From positions 9,798,001-9,862,000 of the forward strand of contig CM075994.1 in assembly GCA_038087875.1 (NCBI GenBank): a DNA stretch of 64,000 nucleotides, read 5' to 3'. Source of the DNA: Malacoraja senta. Taxonomy: Eukaryota. The notes beneath the pieces were generated by a model. The model did no database searches. It was not told the origin of the DNA and worked only from the letters and a program-made list of their open reading frames with translations. This document shows positions 23,206 to 36,888 of this stretch, in pieces. A program made the translations under genes and the position numbers. Positions within the stretch are counted from its first letter, which is position 1. Each line of letters starts with the position of its first letter.

Positions 23206-26200
23206 CAGCTTTTTCAATGATTTTACTGAGAAATGGGAGGTTTGATATTCGTCTGTAATTGTTCAGTAGTGAAGTGTCTAAGTTCTTCTTTTTTAAGAGA
23301 GGCTTGATAACAGCAGTTTTCAGGGCATGTGGGAAGACACCTGAGAGAAGGGACGTGTTTACAATCTGTAGAAGGTCTGAGGTCATGCAGTTTGATACAC
23401 CTTTGCAAAGGCCTGTTGGTAGAATATCGAGGCAGCAGGAGGAGGATTTCAAATGTTGTATAATGCCCTCCAAGGTTTTATGGTTAATAACATTAAATTG
23501 TGTCATGGTATTTGAATTGATTATAAGTGGACACATGGACAACACATGTCCTGCACCTGATGTGGAGGCACTGACTGCTTGCCTAATTTTCTGAATTTTG
23601 TCGGTGAAGAAGGAGGCAAATTCATTACAGGCCCTTGTGGAAAGCAGTCCAGGGGCTACTGACACAGGAGGGTTTGTTAGCCTGTCGACAGTAGTAAACA
23701 AGGCCCGTGCATTATTATTGTTTTTGGCAATGATGTCAGAGAAGAAGGATTGCCTTGCATTTCTCAGTTCCAAGTTGTAGATGCGAAGTCTTTCTTTATA
23801 GATGTAAAAGTGAACCTGGAGATTTGTTTTCCGCCACCGTAACATATTTGTTAGCCCTGTGCTCAACCCCGAACCTGGAGATCGCTCTTCGTCTCGCCTC
23901 TACCCTTCGACCTGTCCGGCATGGGAGACCCTAACAGGAGACGAATCTCCCGCTGGCATAGCTGCAGGGGTCACTGAGACAGACAAGCTCCCCGACCATG
24001 ATTCAGATTCAGATTCAGATTCCACTTTATTGTCATTGTACAGTGTACAGTACAGAGACAACGAAATGCAGTTAGCATCTCCCTAGAAGAGCGACATAAA
24101 TATGAGCAATAAATAAATCTAATAAATCCTGGTGGGAGGAGTGTCCTATAGGCCAACTCATCGTTGTTGCTGATGAGGCCAATCACCATGACAAGGTTGC
24201 AATCCAACAGGGCAGCCAATCCACAAAGTGTCCTTTAAGGATGGACACAAAATACTGGAGTAACTCAGGCAGCATCTCTGGAGGGAAGGAATGAGTGATC
24301 TTTTGGATCGAGACCCCTCCTTTCGAAACACTGCTCCTTAGACCCAAGTCATACCTCCATCTCTTGTTCCACGGAGATTTGAGTCCAGCCAAGTCCACCC
24401 TTTGGCCGTTCCAGAGCAGAGGTGAAGCAGTAGAAATAGATAATAGACAACAGGAAATAGACAATAGGAAATAAATAATAGGAAATAGACAATAGATAAT
24501 AGACAATAGATAATAGACAATAGACAATGGGTGGAGGAGTAGGCCATTCGGCCCTTCGAGCCAGCACCGCCATTCAAGGTGATCATGGCTGATCATCCCC
24601 AATCAGTACCCCGTTCCTGCCTTCTCCCCATATCCCCTGACTCCGCTATCTTTAAGAGCCCTATCTAGTTCTCTCTTGAAAGTATCCAGAGAACCGGCCT
24701 CCACCGCCCTCTGAGGCAGAAAATTCCACAGACTCACAACTCCCTGTGTGAAAAAGTGGTTCCTCATCTCCGTTCTAAATGGCTTACTCCTTATTCTTAA
24801 ACTGTGTGAGCCCTTGGTTCTGGACTCCCCCAACATCGGGAACATGTTTCCTGCCTCTAGCGTGTCCAAACCCTTAACAATCTTATATGATTCAATAAGA
24901 TACCCTCTCATCCTTCTAAACTCCAAATAGCCCGGTTACATCCACTAGTTAGCCACGGGTGGTGCAGCGGTAGAGTTGCTGCCTCACCACGCCGGAGATC
25001 CGGGTTCGATCCCGAGTACTGCTATGAGAATGCAGGGTGACTTGGACAGGTTGGGGGAGTGGGCAGATGCATGGCGGATGCAGTTTAATGCGGATAAATG
25101 TGAGGTTATCCACTTTGGTAGCAAAAACAGGAAAGCAGATTACTATCTACATGGCGTCAAGTTGGGAAAAGGGGAAGTACAACGGGATCTGGGGGTCCTT
25201 GTACATCAGTCTATGAAAGTATGCATGCAGGCACAGCAGGAAGTGAAGAAAGCCAATGGCATGTTGGCCTTTATAACAAGAGGAATCGAATATAGGAGCA
25301 AAGAGGTCCTTCTGCAGTTGTACAGGGCCCTAGTGAGACCACACCTGGAGTATTGTGTGCAGTTTTGGTCCCCTAATTTGAGGATGGACATTCTTGCTAT
25401 TGAGGGAGTGCAGCGTAGGTTTACAATGTTAATTCCCGGGATGGTGGGACTGTCATATGCCGAGAGAATGGAGCAGCTGGGCTTGTACACTCTGGAGTTT
25501 AGAAGGTTGAGAGGGGATCTCATTGAAACATATAAGATTGTTAAGGGTTTGGACACGCTAGAGGCAGGAAACATGTTCCCGATGTTTGGGGCGTCCAGAA
25601 CCAGGGGCCACAGTTTAAGAATAAGGAGTAAGCCATTTAGATCTGAGACGAGGAAACACTTTTTCTCACAGAGAGTGGTGAGTCTGTGGAATTCTCTGCC
25701 TCAGAGGGCGGTGGAGGCCGGTTCTCTGGATACTTTCAAGAGAGAGCTAGATAGGGCTCTTGAAGATAGCGGTCAGGGGATATGGGAAGAAGGCAGGAAC
25801 GGGGTGCTGATTGGGGATGATCAGCCATGATCACATTGAATGGCGGTGCTGGCTCAAAGGGCCGAATGGCCTACTCCTGCGTCTGTTGTCTGTTGTCTGT
25901 TGTCTGTTGTCTGTTGTCTGTTGTCTGTTGCCTGTTGCCTGTTGCCTGTTGCCTGTTGCCTGTTGCCTGTTGCCTGTTGCCTGTTGCCTGTTGCCTGTTG
26001 CCTGTTGCCTCTGAAACGGTTTCCGCACTGTATCTCAAAATTGAACTAATCTGCCTTTTGACTCCAACTCTTCCACAGGTTTGTAGGTTAATTGGCTTCT
26101 GTAAATTGTCCCGTGTGTGTAGGATATTGTTGGTGTGCGGGGGATCACTGGTTGGCGCGGACTCGATGGGCCTGTTTCCACGCCCGATCTCGAAAGTCTA

Positions 26201-28766
26201 AAGTAAGTCTCTAAAGGTCCCTGTCACGGTTTATTTCGAACAGCTCCGACACAGACACTGTGATTTACGGACTGTTCCCAGGGACGCATTCAGAGACCGA
26301 CATCGAGTGCTGCTGGAAGGGTCATCAACTCGGGGAAAGACGCTCTATGGCCTGCCCGAACGTTGTTCACCACCCAGATGTCCGTCAGGGAATGTTGCCG
26401 ACTGGCCCGCTGCAGACTGCAGGAGTACGTGCTGATGGACGCACTGAAGCTCGGTGCAGCCAACGCCAAGGCTCGATGGGGGGGGGCACAGTCTAGGGTC
26501 CTTCCGCTGCAGGACATGGGGGGCAGGGTGTGGTGGAGACACCACTCAAAAAAAGGGAAGTGGGCCACATGAGTGGCATGGGTGCGGGATAAATTAGTGC
26601 AATGTGTGTCAACAGTATTAGAAACATAGAAAATAGTTGCTGGTGGAGGCCATTCGGCCCTTTGAGCCAGCACCGCCATTCATTGTGATCATGGCTGATC
26701 GTCCCCAATCAATAACCCGTGCCTGCTTTCTCCCCATATCCCTTGATTCCACTAGCCCCTAGAGCTCTATCTAACTCTCTCTTAAATCCATCCAGTGACT
26801 TGGCCTCTACTGCCCTCTGTGGCGGGGAATTCCACAATTTCACAACTCTCTGGGTGAAAACTTTTTTTCACACCTCAGTCTTAAATGGCCTCCCCTTTAT
26901 TCTAAGACAGTGTGTCCCGTGGTTCTGGGCTCGCCCAACATTGGGAACATCTTTCCTGCATCTAGCTTGTCCAGTCCTTTTATAATTGTATATGGTTCTA
27001 TAAGACCCCCCCCTCATCCTTCTAAACTCCAGTGAATACAAGCCAAGTATTTTCAATCTCTCCTCGTATGACAGTCCCGCCATCCCAGGGATAAATTTCG
27101 TGAACCTATGCTGCACTGCCTCAATCACAAGGATGTCCTTCCTCAAATGAGGAGACCAAAACTGTACACAATACTCCAGGTGTGGTCTCACCGGAGCCCT
27201 ATACAACTGCAGAAGAACCTCTTTACTCCTATACTGAAATCCTCTTGTTATGAAGGCCAACATTCCATTAGCTTTCTTCACTGCCTGCTGTACCTGCACG
27301 CCAACTTTCAGTGACTGGTGTACAAGGACACCCAGCTCTCGCTGCACCTCCCCCTTACCTAACCTAACCTGACCATTGAATGTATAGCCTCCGAGAATGT
27401 AGGATGAATTATTATTTTTTGCACAGTTCCTGTGTTCTATATATAGATTACTTGAATAAAGTCTATTTTGAATTAAAGTAACACTATCTCCGCAGGTCTC
27501 TGTTAACAAGGGACGACACGACAGGCTGGGTGAAGAAGATTTGAACGATACCCTTGAATATCTAACTGACAACATCCAGGTCGATCGCCCCCCTGTCTCC
27601 GAATCCAACCCGTGAATCTCTGTCGGTGAATCCCGTATCAGCGGAAGAATCCTTCGCCAATTTGTCATCACTTCTTTTTGGTAAATTAATAAAAAAATGA
27701 GTTGGTGAAAATCTCTCTCATTTGGTTTGGAGGCTTGAATTTCCCAGATGTGAAACCGAGTTTTTCCCCCACCAGGAGACCAGTTAAAGCTGGGGGTATC
27801 GTGATGGTACTATGGTAGTTGATGTTTATACATCGACGAGACCAAGCATAGGCTTGGCGATCGCTTCGCCCAACACCTCCGCTCGGTTCGCATTAACCAA
27901 CCTGATCTCCCGGTGGCTCATCACTTCAACTCCCCCTCCCATTCTGTATCCGACCTTTCTGTCCTGGGCCTCCTGCAACACCTCATATTTCGCTTGGGTA
28001 GTTTACACTCCAGCGGTAAGAACATGGACTTCTTCAATTTCAGGTAGTCCTTGCTTTCTCCTTCTTTCCCCTCCCCTTCCCAGCTATCCCACAGCCCACT
28101 GTCTCCGCCTCTTCCTTTCTTCTTCCCGTCGCCTCCCCCTCCACCATCAGTCTCAAGAAGCGTCTCGACCCAAAATGACAATAGACAATAGACAATAGGT
28201 GCAGGAGTAGGCCATTCGACCCTTCGAGCCAGCACCACCATTCAATGTGATTATGGCTGATGACCTCCAATCAGTACCCCGTTCCTGCCTTCTCCCCATA
28301 TCCCCTGGTCTCCTAATCTGAGGAAAGACATTCTTGCCATAGAGGGAGTACAGAGAAGGTTCACCAGACTGATTCCTGGGATGTCAGGACTTTCATATGA
28401 AGAAAGATTGGATAGACTCGGTTTGTACTCGCTAGAATTTAGACGATTGAGGGGGGATCTTATAGAAACGTACAAAACTCTTAAGGGGTTGGAGAGGCTA
28501 GATGCAGGAAGATTGTTCCCGATGTTGGGGAAGTCCAGAACAAGGGGTCACAGTTTAAGGATAAGGGGGAAATCTTTTAGGACCGAGATGAGGAAAACAT
28601 TTTTCACACAGAGAGTGTTGAATCTCTGGAATTCTCTGCCACAGAAGGTAGTTGAGGCCAGTTCATTGGCTATATTTAAGAGGGAGTTAGATGTGGCCCT
28701 TGTGGCTAAAGGGATCAGGGGGTATGGAGAGAAAGCAGGTACAGGATACTGAGTTGGATGATCAGC
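23206..28766. repeat. Tandem segmental duplication, unit 2
   Basis: The junction at ~23206 joins CR1 3' UTR (...GATCAGC) to L2 internal sequence (CAGCTTTTTC) through a CA microhomology. Confidence 0.97.
27496..27615 (+). CDS. Duplicate copy of the candidate terminal exon
   Basis: Same acceptor, frame, stop and downstream AATAAA as 21934-22053. Confidence 0.45.
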   Translation, partial: VSVNKGRHDRLGEEDLNDTLEYLTDNIQVDRPPVSESNP

Positions 28767-28854
28767 CATGATCATATTGAATGGCGGTGCAGGCTCGAAG
28801 GGCCGAATAGCCTACTCCTGCACCTATTTTCTAAGTTTCTATGTTTCTATGACC

Positions 28855-30900
28855 TCACTATCTTTAAGAGCCCTATCTAGCTCTCTCTTGAAAGTATCCA
28901 GAGAACCGGCCTCCACCACCCCCTGAGGCAGAGAATTCCACGGACTCGCAACTCTCTGTGTGAAAAAGTGTTTCCTCGTCTCCATTCTAAATGGCTTACC
29001 CCTTATTCTTAAACTGGGTGGCCCCTGGTTCTGGACTCCCCCCAACATTGGGAACACGCGTGTCCAAACCCTTAATAATCTTTTATGTTTCAATAAGATA
29101 TCCTCTCATCCTTCTAAACTCCAGAGTGTACAAGCCCAGCCGTTCCATTCTCTTAGCATATGACAGTCCCGCCATCCCGGGGATTAACCTGGTGAACCTA
29201 CGCTGAACTCCCTCAATAGCAAGAATGTCCTTCCTGAAATTAGGGGACCAAAACTGCACACAATACTCCAGGTGTGGTCTCACTAGGGGCCTGTACAACT
29301 GCACAAGGACCTCTTTGCTCCTATACTCGACTCCTCTTGGTATTCTTGCTTCAAAGTCGTCTTGTTGAGTCTCATTGTCTGTAACTGGTTTTCACCGAGC
29401 CCGCAGCAAAAACGGCCTGTTTCCTTCATCATCCTTACTTTTCCCGGGGAGAAGGCAGGCACGGGTTATTGATTGGGGACGATCAGCCATGATCACAATG
29501 AAGGGCGGTGCTGGCTCGATGGGCCGAATGGCCTCCTCCATCTATTTTCTATGTTTCTATGAGGTCGTGGGTAGGTCGTGACGCTATTCGTAAGTCAAGT
29601 CAAGTCACATTTATTTATATAGCACATTTAAAAAACAACTCTCGTTGGCCAAAGTGCCTTACATTTGTGATAAGAATAATATAAACAAACAAACTACATA
29701 CATATATACATATAGGCCTCGCTCGTGGCATCGAGTAGGTGGCGCCGTTTTTTCTAGCCTGATGATAAATGTCCGCGAGTAAAAAAGGTTTTGTGCATTC
29801 GGTCGTGAAAGCGGGACAGGCCCTAGTCGTTTAATCGACCCTCTCTGTGTAAATGGTCCCCCAGGGTTTTCTGGAGTGGATGAGAAAGTGTGATCACATA
29901 GAACGAGTGAGAAAGGTGGGGGGGATCACTGGTCGGCGCGGACTCGATGGGCCGAATGGCCTGTGTCCGCGCTGTATCTCTCGACGAAACTAAATGGTGG
30001 CTGATTAATTGGATTTATCTTCGAACGGGGAACGAGCAACGACTGAGAAACAGTGCGAAGGCTCTGCCGGTGGGTGGGGGGCTAGTACTGGCAACGCGGG
30101 GCCGAAGGGCCTCTTTCTGAGCTGCGTCATTGCGATTTTCATTCTGCTTTATTAATCGACTGGGTGCGGTCGTACCGAGCAACACCAGAATTTATTGCCC
30201 AACCTTATTGGCCAGTAAAGTGAGGAAGAAATCTTCAACCCCCTCCACGGTCATAAGATCATAAGAGATACACAATAGACAATAGGTGCAGGAGGAGGCC
30301 ATTCAGACCTTCAAGCCAGCACCGCCATTCAATGTGATCATGGCTGCTCATCCCCAATCAGTACCCCGTTCCTGCCTTTTCCCCATATCCCCTTACTCCG
30401 CAATCTTTAAGAGCCCTATCCAGATCTCTCTTGAAAGTATCCAGAGAACCGGCCTCCGGTTCTCTGGATACTCTGATGCAGAGAATTCCACAGACTCACA
30501 ACTCTCTGTGTGAAAAAGTGTTTCCTCATTTCCGTTCTAAATGGCTTATCCCCTTATTCTTAAACTGTGGCCCCTGGTTCTGGACTCTCCCAACATCGGG
30601 AACATGTTTCCTACCTCTAGCGTGTCCACACCCTTAATAATCTTATGTGTTTCAATAATTTTCCCTCTCATTCTTCTAAACTCCAGGGTGTACAAGCCCA
30701 GCCGCTCCATTCTCTCAGCAAACGTCAGTCCCGCCATCCCAGGAATTAACCTGGTGAACCTGGTGAACCTACACCATTTTGCTACCCACAGGGCCCTAGT
30801 GGAATCAAGGGATATGGGGAGAAGGCAGGAACGGGGTACTGATTGGGGATGATCCGCCATGAACACATTGAATGGCAGTGCTGGCTTGAAGGGCCGAATG
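28855..30900. mobile_element. Mosaic of CR1 3' fragments, an L2 tail and SINE pieces
   Basis: CR1 translations at 29083-29304 and 30546-30866 (minus); (AAGTC)n L2-like tail at ~29590. Confidence 0.75.
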
Positions 30901-31299
30901 GCCTATTTGTTCACCTATTGTCTATTGTGACTATAAACTCAACTAAACCAGGCCAGAGCAACAAGTCAAACACAATCACATCAACCAGCCAACAGTTTAT
31001 AATAGACAATAGTGGCAGGCAGCATTGTTGGGAGCGAGATCCAAGTACACAGCCCCCTGTATGAAGCATCGCAGGGAGATAGGGCGGGGGGGGAAGGGGG
31101 AGGAGGTAAGTGACGGGGGGAGAGAAAGAGGGGAGAGAGAGAGAGGGTAGAGAGAGGGGGGAGAGAGGCAGAGAGAGGGGAGAGAGAGGCGTTTTCTTTT
31201 TGCATGTAAAATCCCACGTGAGAACCATGGGCGATTTTAAAATTTTACAGCCAGATTTATCACTTCTGAAACTTTTTTGATGCCAAAGGAATCAAGAAA

Positions 31300-31540
31300 A
31301 AACACAAATAATGCCTTACTGGTGATGAAATGCAGTGGGTAAACGCGAAAATTCCCAATATTTTCAATCTCGATATCTGCACGGCCAATGTTCGCCAAGC
31401 ACTTTGCCTGTTGTCCCTTCAGCTCCCGTTTCCATCTACTGTCATTTCTCCTCAATTTCGGAATTCTGAAGTATGATAAATGTCTCTCACGCTTATCCCG
31501 ATTTCCATAATTATTTACAGCGCAAATATTGACCATTTCG
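31300..31540 (-). pseudogene. Degenerate THAP-domain coding remnant (DNA transposon-derived)
   Basis: MVNICAVNNYGNR...LSYFRIPK...RVYPLHF resembles the THAP C2CH pattern with two Cys>Tyr changes. Confidence 0.6.
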
Positions 31541-31663
31541 GCGGGTTTTAACGGAAGCAATGGTCATTGCTTACCTGCAGTTCATCGCGTGTACTCCAGT
31601 TGGCGTAGCGTAGCAACAGTACGGGTCACGGGTCGTGACCCGACTGCCGTGCAACCTCCGTAT

Positions 31664-32050
31664 ACGTGTGTGTGAGTCTGTGAGTGTCTGTGTGTGTGTG
31701 TGTGTCTGTGTGTGTGTGTTTGTGTGAGTCTTTGTGTGTGTGTGAAAGTCTGTGTGTGTGTGAGTCTGTGTGTGTGTGTGTGTGTCTGTGTGTGTGTGAA
31801 TCTGTGTGTTTGTGTGTGAGTCTGTGTGTGTGTGTATGTGTGTGTGTGTGTCTGTGTGTGTCTATATATGTGTGTGAGTCTGTGTGTGTGTGTGAGTCTG
31901 TGTATGTGTGTGAGAGTCTGTGTCTGTGTGTGTGTGAGAGTGTGTGTGTATGTGAGTCTGTGTGGGGGAGTCTGTGTGTGTGAGAGAGTCTGTGTGTGTG
32001 TTTGAGAGTCTGTGTGTGAGTGTCTGTGTGAGGTGGAGGGTGTGTGTGTG
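31664..32050. repeat. Compound (TG)n/(TGAGTC) microsatellite
   Basis: Direct inspection. Confidence 0.95.
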
Positions 32051-32584
32051 ATCAACAAATAACAAATATTACAAATAATATAGTTGTTCGTAGTTCAGAG
32101 CTTATTTGTTGTTTAATACCCTTATGGCTATCAGGAAGAAGCTGTTCCTCAATGTGCATGTTACAGATTTCAGTTGAGAAAAGTCGGACGTGATTCCAGA
32201 AGTCGGGCATAATCAGACAATCCACAAGCCGTGATTAAGTCGTCAGTCCAGAGGCGATGAGTGAGTCAGTCAGTCCAGAGACCATGAGTTACTCCCAAGA
32301 GTCATTCACGTTTTAAACTTTAATAAATCCTTTTTCCACATTTCATGCCTCCGTGTTCTTCATCACAATGGGAACCTAATGGCAGGAATGGATGCTCTGT
32401 GGGAGAGACAATAAGAGTGCATGGGGGGAGGTTGTGGGGAGATAGACTGAATGCGTGGGGGGGAGGGGAATGGCAAGGAGCAGAGTGTGGGGGGGGGCGT
32501 GAAGGGAGCAGGGGTGACTGAGTGAACTGCCAGCCCACCAGCCGTGAGTGACTGCACTGCCAGCCCACGAGCCGCGAGGGCGGA

Positions 32585-35500
32585 CTGGCTTGCGATGCGA
32601 ATAGGGCTGTTGAGCCAAAACCAAAAAGGCCTAAGGCAGGCAATGCCATTGTAGTGGAAGACTCGATTGTGAGAGGTACGGACAGGGGTTTCTGTGGCAA
32701 CAGACGGGATGCGAGGATGGTGTGCTGCCTTCCTGGTGCCAGGATCCAGGATGTCACGGACAGAGTGCAGAAAATCCTCGAGGGCGAAGGTGAACATCCG
32801 GAAGTGGTAGTGCATGTCGGCACAAACAATGTCGGAAAGAAGGGGATGAATATTCTGCAGCGTGACTCTAGAGAGCTCGGAAAAATGCTGAAAAGCAGGA
32901 CCTCCAGGGTTGTTATCTCCGGTTTGCTTCCAGTTCCTCGTGCTGGCGAGAGCAGGAACAGGGAGATACGGGACCTGAACGTGTGGCTGAGGAACTGGTG
33001 CACGGGGCAGGGATTTAGATTCTTAGATCATTGGGATCTGTTTTGGAGTAAGGGGGAACTGTACAAAAGGGACGGATTGCATCTTAACAGGTGTGGGACC
33101 AGCATTCTGGCAGGCAGGTTTGCCACTGCTACACGGGTGGTTTTAAACTGAATAAGGGGGGTGGGGTGTCGAATGGGATAGTGGAGGATGGAGTTAAAGG
33201 GAAAGGGTTTCTTAAATGTGTGAGCGTAGAGACAGAGGAGTGTAAAATGAGGGTAGAAGCAATAGGTAGCAAGGTGAAAAGTAAAAGTGGAAGACAGACA
33301 AAACCAGGGCAAAAATCAAAAAGGGCCACTTTTCAACATAATTGTATAAGGGGTAAGAGTGTTGAAAAAACAAGCCTGAAGGCTTTGTGTCTCAATGCAA
33401 GGAGCATTCGTAATAAGGTGGATGAGTTGAATGTGCAGATAGCTATTAATGACTATGATATAGTTGGGATCACGGAGACATGGCTCCAGGGTGACCAAGG
33501 CTGGGAGCTGAACATCCAGGGATATTCAATATTCAGGAGGGATAGAGAGAAAGGAAAAGGAGGTGGGGTAGCATTGATGATTAGAGAGGAGATTAACGCA
33601 ATGGAAAGGAAGGACATTAGGTCCGAGGATGTGGAATCGGTATGGGTAGAGCTGCGAAACACTAAGGGGCAGAAAACGCTGGTGGGTGTTGTGTACAGGC
33701 CACCTAACAGTAGTAGTGAAGTTGGAGATGGTATCAAACAGGAAATTAGAAATGCGTGCGACAAAGTCAAAACAGTTATAATGGGTGACTTCAATCTACA
33801 TATAGATTGGTTGAATCAAATTGGCAGGGGTGCTGAGGAAGAGGATTTCTTGGAATGTATGCGGGATAGTTATCTAAATCAACATGTAGAGGAACCAACG
33901 AGAGAGCAGGCTATTTTAGACTGGGTATTGAGTAATGAGGAAGGGTTAGTTAGCAGTCTTGTTGTACGTGCCCCCTTGGGCAAGAGTGACCATAATATGG
34001 TTGAGTTCTTCATTAGGATGGAGAGTGACATTGTTAATTCAGAAACAATGGTTCTGAACTTAAAGAAAGGTAACTTTGATGGTATGAGACGTGAATTGGC
34101 CATGATTGACTGGCAATTAATTCTAAAAGGGTTGACGGTGGACATGCAATGGAAGACATTTAAAGACTGCATGGATGAACTACAAAAATTGTTCATCCCA
34201 GTTTGGCAAAAGAATAAATCAGGGAAGGTAGTGCATCCGTGGATAACAAGGGAAATCAGGGATGGTATCAAAGCGAAAGATGATGCGTACAAATTAGCCA
34301 GAAAAAGCAGCATACCAGAGGACTGGGAGAAATTCAGAGACCAGCAGAGGAGGACAAAGGGCTTAATTAGGAAAGGAAAAATAGATTATGAAAGATAACT
34401 GGCAGGGAACATAAAAACTGACTGCAAAAGTTTTTATAAATATGTAAAAAGAAAGAGATTAGTTAAAACAAATGTAGGTCCCTTGCAGTCAGAAACAGGT
34501 GAGTTGATCATGGGGAACAAGGATATGGCGGACCAATTGAATAACTACTTTGGTTCCGTCTTCACTAAGGAAGACATAAATAATCTGCCGGAAATAGCAG
34601 GGGACCGCGGGTGGAATTGAGTGAAATCCAGGTTATTCGGGAAGTGGTTTTGGGTAAATTGAATGGATTAAAGGCCGATAAATCCCCAGGGCCAGATAGG
34701 CTGCATCCCAGAGTACTTAAGGAAGTAGCTCCAGAAATAGTGGATGCATTAGTAATAATCTTTCAAAATTCTTTAGATTCTGGAGTAGTTCCTGAGGATT
34801 GGCGGGTAGCAAACGTAACCCCACTTTTTAAGAAGGGAGGGAGAGAGAAAACGGGGAATTACAGACCAGTTAGTCTAACATCGGTAGTGGGGAAACTGCT
34901 AGAGTCAGTTATTAAGGATGGGATAGCAGCACATTTGGAAAGTGGTGAAATCATTGGACAAAGTCAGCATGGATTTACGAAAGGTAAATCATGTCTGACG
35001 AACCTTATAGAATTTTTCGAGGATGTAACTAGTAGCGTGGATAGGGGAGAACCAGTGGATGTGGTGTATCTGGACTTCCAGAAGGCTTTCGACAAGGTCC
35101 CACATAAGAGATTAGTATACAAACTTAAAACACATAGCATTGGGGGTTCAGTATTGATGTGGATAGAGAACTGGCTGGCAAACAGGAAGCAAAGAGTAGG
35201 AGTAAACGGGTCCTTTTCATAATGGCAGGCAGTGACTAGTGGGGTACCGCAAGGCTCAGTGCATATATTAATGACCTGGATGAGGGAATTGAAGGCAATA
35301 TCTCCAAGTTTGTGGATGACACTAAGCTGGGGGGTAGTGTTAGCTGTGAGGAGGATGCTAGGAGACTGCAAGGTGACTTGGATAGGCTGGGTGAGTGGGC
35401 AAATGTTTGGCAGATGCAGTATAATGTGGATAAATGTGAGGTTATCCATTTTGTTGGCAAAAACAGGAAAGCAGCCTATTTTCTAAATGGTGGCCGACTA

Positions 35501-36244
35501 GGAAAAGGGGAGATGCAGCGAGACCTGGGTGTCATGGTACACCAGTCATTGAAAGTAGGCATGCAGGTGCAGCAGGCAGTGAAGAAAGCGAATGGTATGT
35601 TAGCTTTCATAGCAAAAGGATTTGAGTATAAGAGCAGGGAGGTTCTACTGCAGTTGTACAGGGTCTTGGTGAGACCACACCTGGAGTATTGCGTACAGTT
35701 TTGGTCTCCAAATCTGAGGAAGGACATTATTGCCATAGAGGGAGTGCAGAGAAGGTTCACCAGACTGATTCCTGGGATGTCAGGGCTGTCTTATGAAGAA
35801 AGACTGGATAGACTTGGTTTATACTCTCTAGAATTTAGGAGATTGAGAGGGGATCTTATAGAAACTTACAAAATTCTTAAGGGGTTGGACAGGCTAGATG
35901 CAGGAAGATTGCTCCCGATGTTGGGGAAGTCCAGGACAAGGGGTCACAGCTTAAGGATAAGGGGGAAATCCTTTAAAACCGAGATGAGAAGAACATTTTT
36001 CACACAGAGAGTGGTGAATCTCTGGAACTCTCTGCCACAGACGGTAGTCGAGGCCAGTTCATTGGCTATATTTAAGAGGGAGTTAGATGTGGCCCTTGTG
36101 GCTAAAGGGATCAGAGGGTATGGAGAGAAGGCAGGTACGGGATACTGAGTTGGATGATCAGCCATGATCATATTGAATGGCGGTGCAGGCTCGAAGGGCC
36201 GAATGGCCTACTCCTGCACCTAATTTCTATGTCTATGTTTCTAT
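32585..36244 (+). mobile_element. CR1 LINE (partial ORF1 esterase plus near-complete disrupted ORF2) inserted in the Helitron's 30-bp repeat array
   Basis: ORFs 32654-33151, 33091-34398 (premature TAA), 34611-35222, 35312-36148; TTTCTATG tail; GTGACTGAACTGCCAGCCCACCAGCC repeats on both sides. Confidence 0.93.
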
Positions 36245-36723
36245 AAGTGAATTGCCAGCCCACCAGCAGCAAGTGACTGAACTGCCCGCCCACCAGCCAT
36301 GAGTGACTGAACTGCCAGCCCACCAGCCGTGAGTGACTGCAATGCCAGCCCAATAATCAATTCAGTCCACCCTCTCCCCCTTCTCTCTCTCACAGAGTCT
36401 GTCACCTGTTTCGGGCAGAATTTCTGGCAGTTTCTCAGCTGCCAGCCTGCCAGGTCTGAGTGACTGTACTGCCAGGCCTCAGTGACTGCGCTCCCTGCCC
36501 TCCGTGACTGAGCTGCCAGCCCAAGAATCCATTCGGCCCACAATGTCTATACTACCCCTCTGGAAAGCAGACCCTTCGGTCCACAACACCCATACTAGCG
36601 CAAGAGAAAGCCACTGCCATCCCACTGGGCAGCAATATTGGAATTGGTGGAGAGGTGGAATATTGCGTTGGGTGACCAGCCCTCCCGTGTGATGCTGGGA
36701 CCCAACGTCCCACTTAGTCTAGT

Positions 36724-36880
36724 TAGGGATATTTTTTTACATTTACCAAGCCAATTTTTTACATTTACCAAGCCTTGGAGTGTGGGAGGAAACCGAAGAT
36801 TTCCGAGAATACCCACGAGATCACGGGGAGAACATGCAAACTCCGTACAGACAGCACCCGTAGTCAGGATCGAACCCGGG
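36724..36880 (-). mobile_element. tRNA-SINE fragment abutting the truncated TRIM exon
   Basis: CCGTACAGACAGCACCCGTAGTCAGGATCGAACCCGGG is the reverse complement of the SINE head/body. Confidence 0.88.
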
Positions 36881-36888
36881 ACTCGGGC

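Larger units (their letters stand above)
31560..36722 (+). mobile_element. Non-autonomous Helitron derivative, copy 1 (carries a TG microsatellite; interrupted by CR1)
   Basis: 3' terminus: GGGAC-CCAAC-GTCCC hairpin, then CTAG|T at 36719-36723. Shares blocks with 60980-64000, which retains helicase motifs. 5' end not resolved. Confidence 0.7.

Noticed and set aside
36405..36435. GGGCAGAATTTCTGG as the displaced RING GHNFC segment
   Set aside because: No surrounding Cys pattern; it lies inside Helitron sequence.
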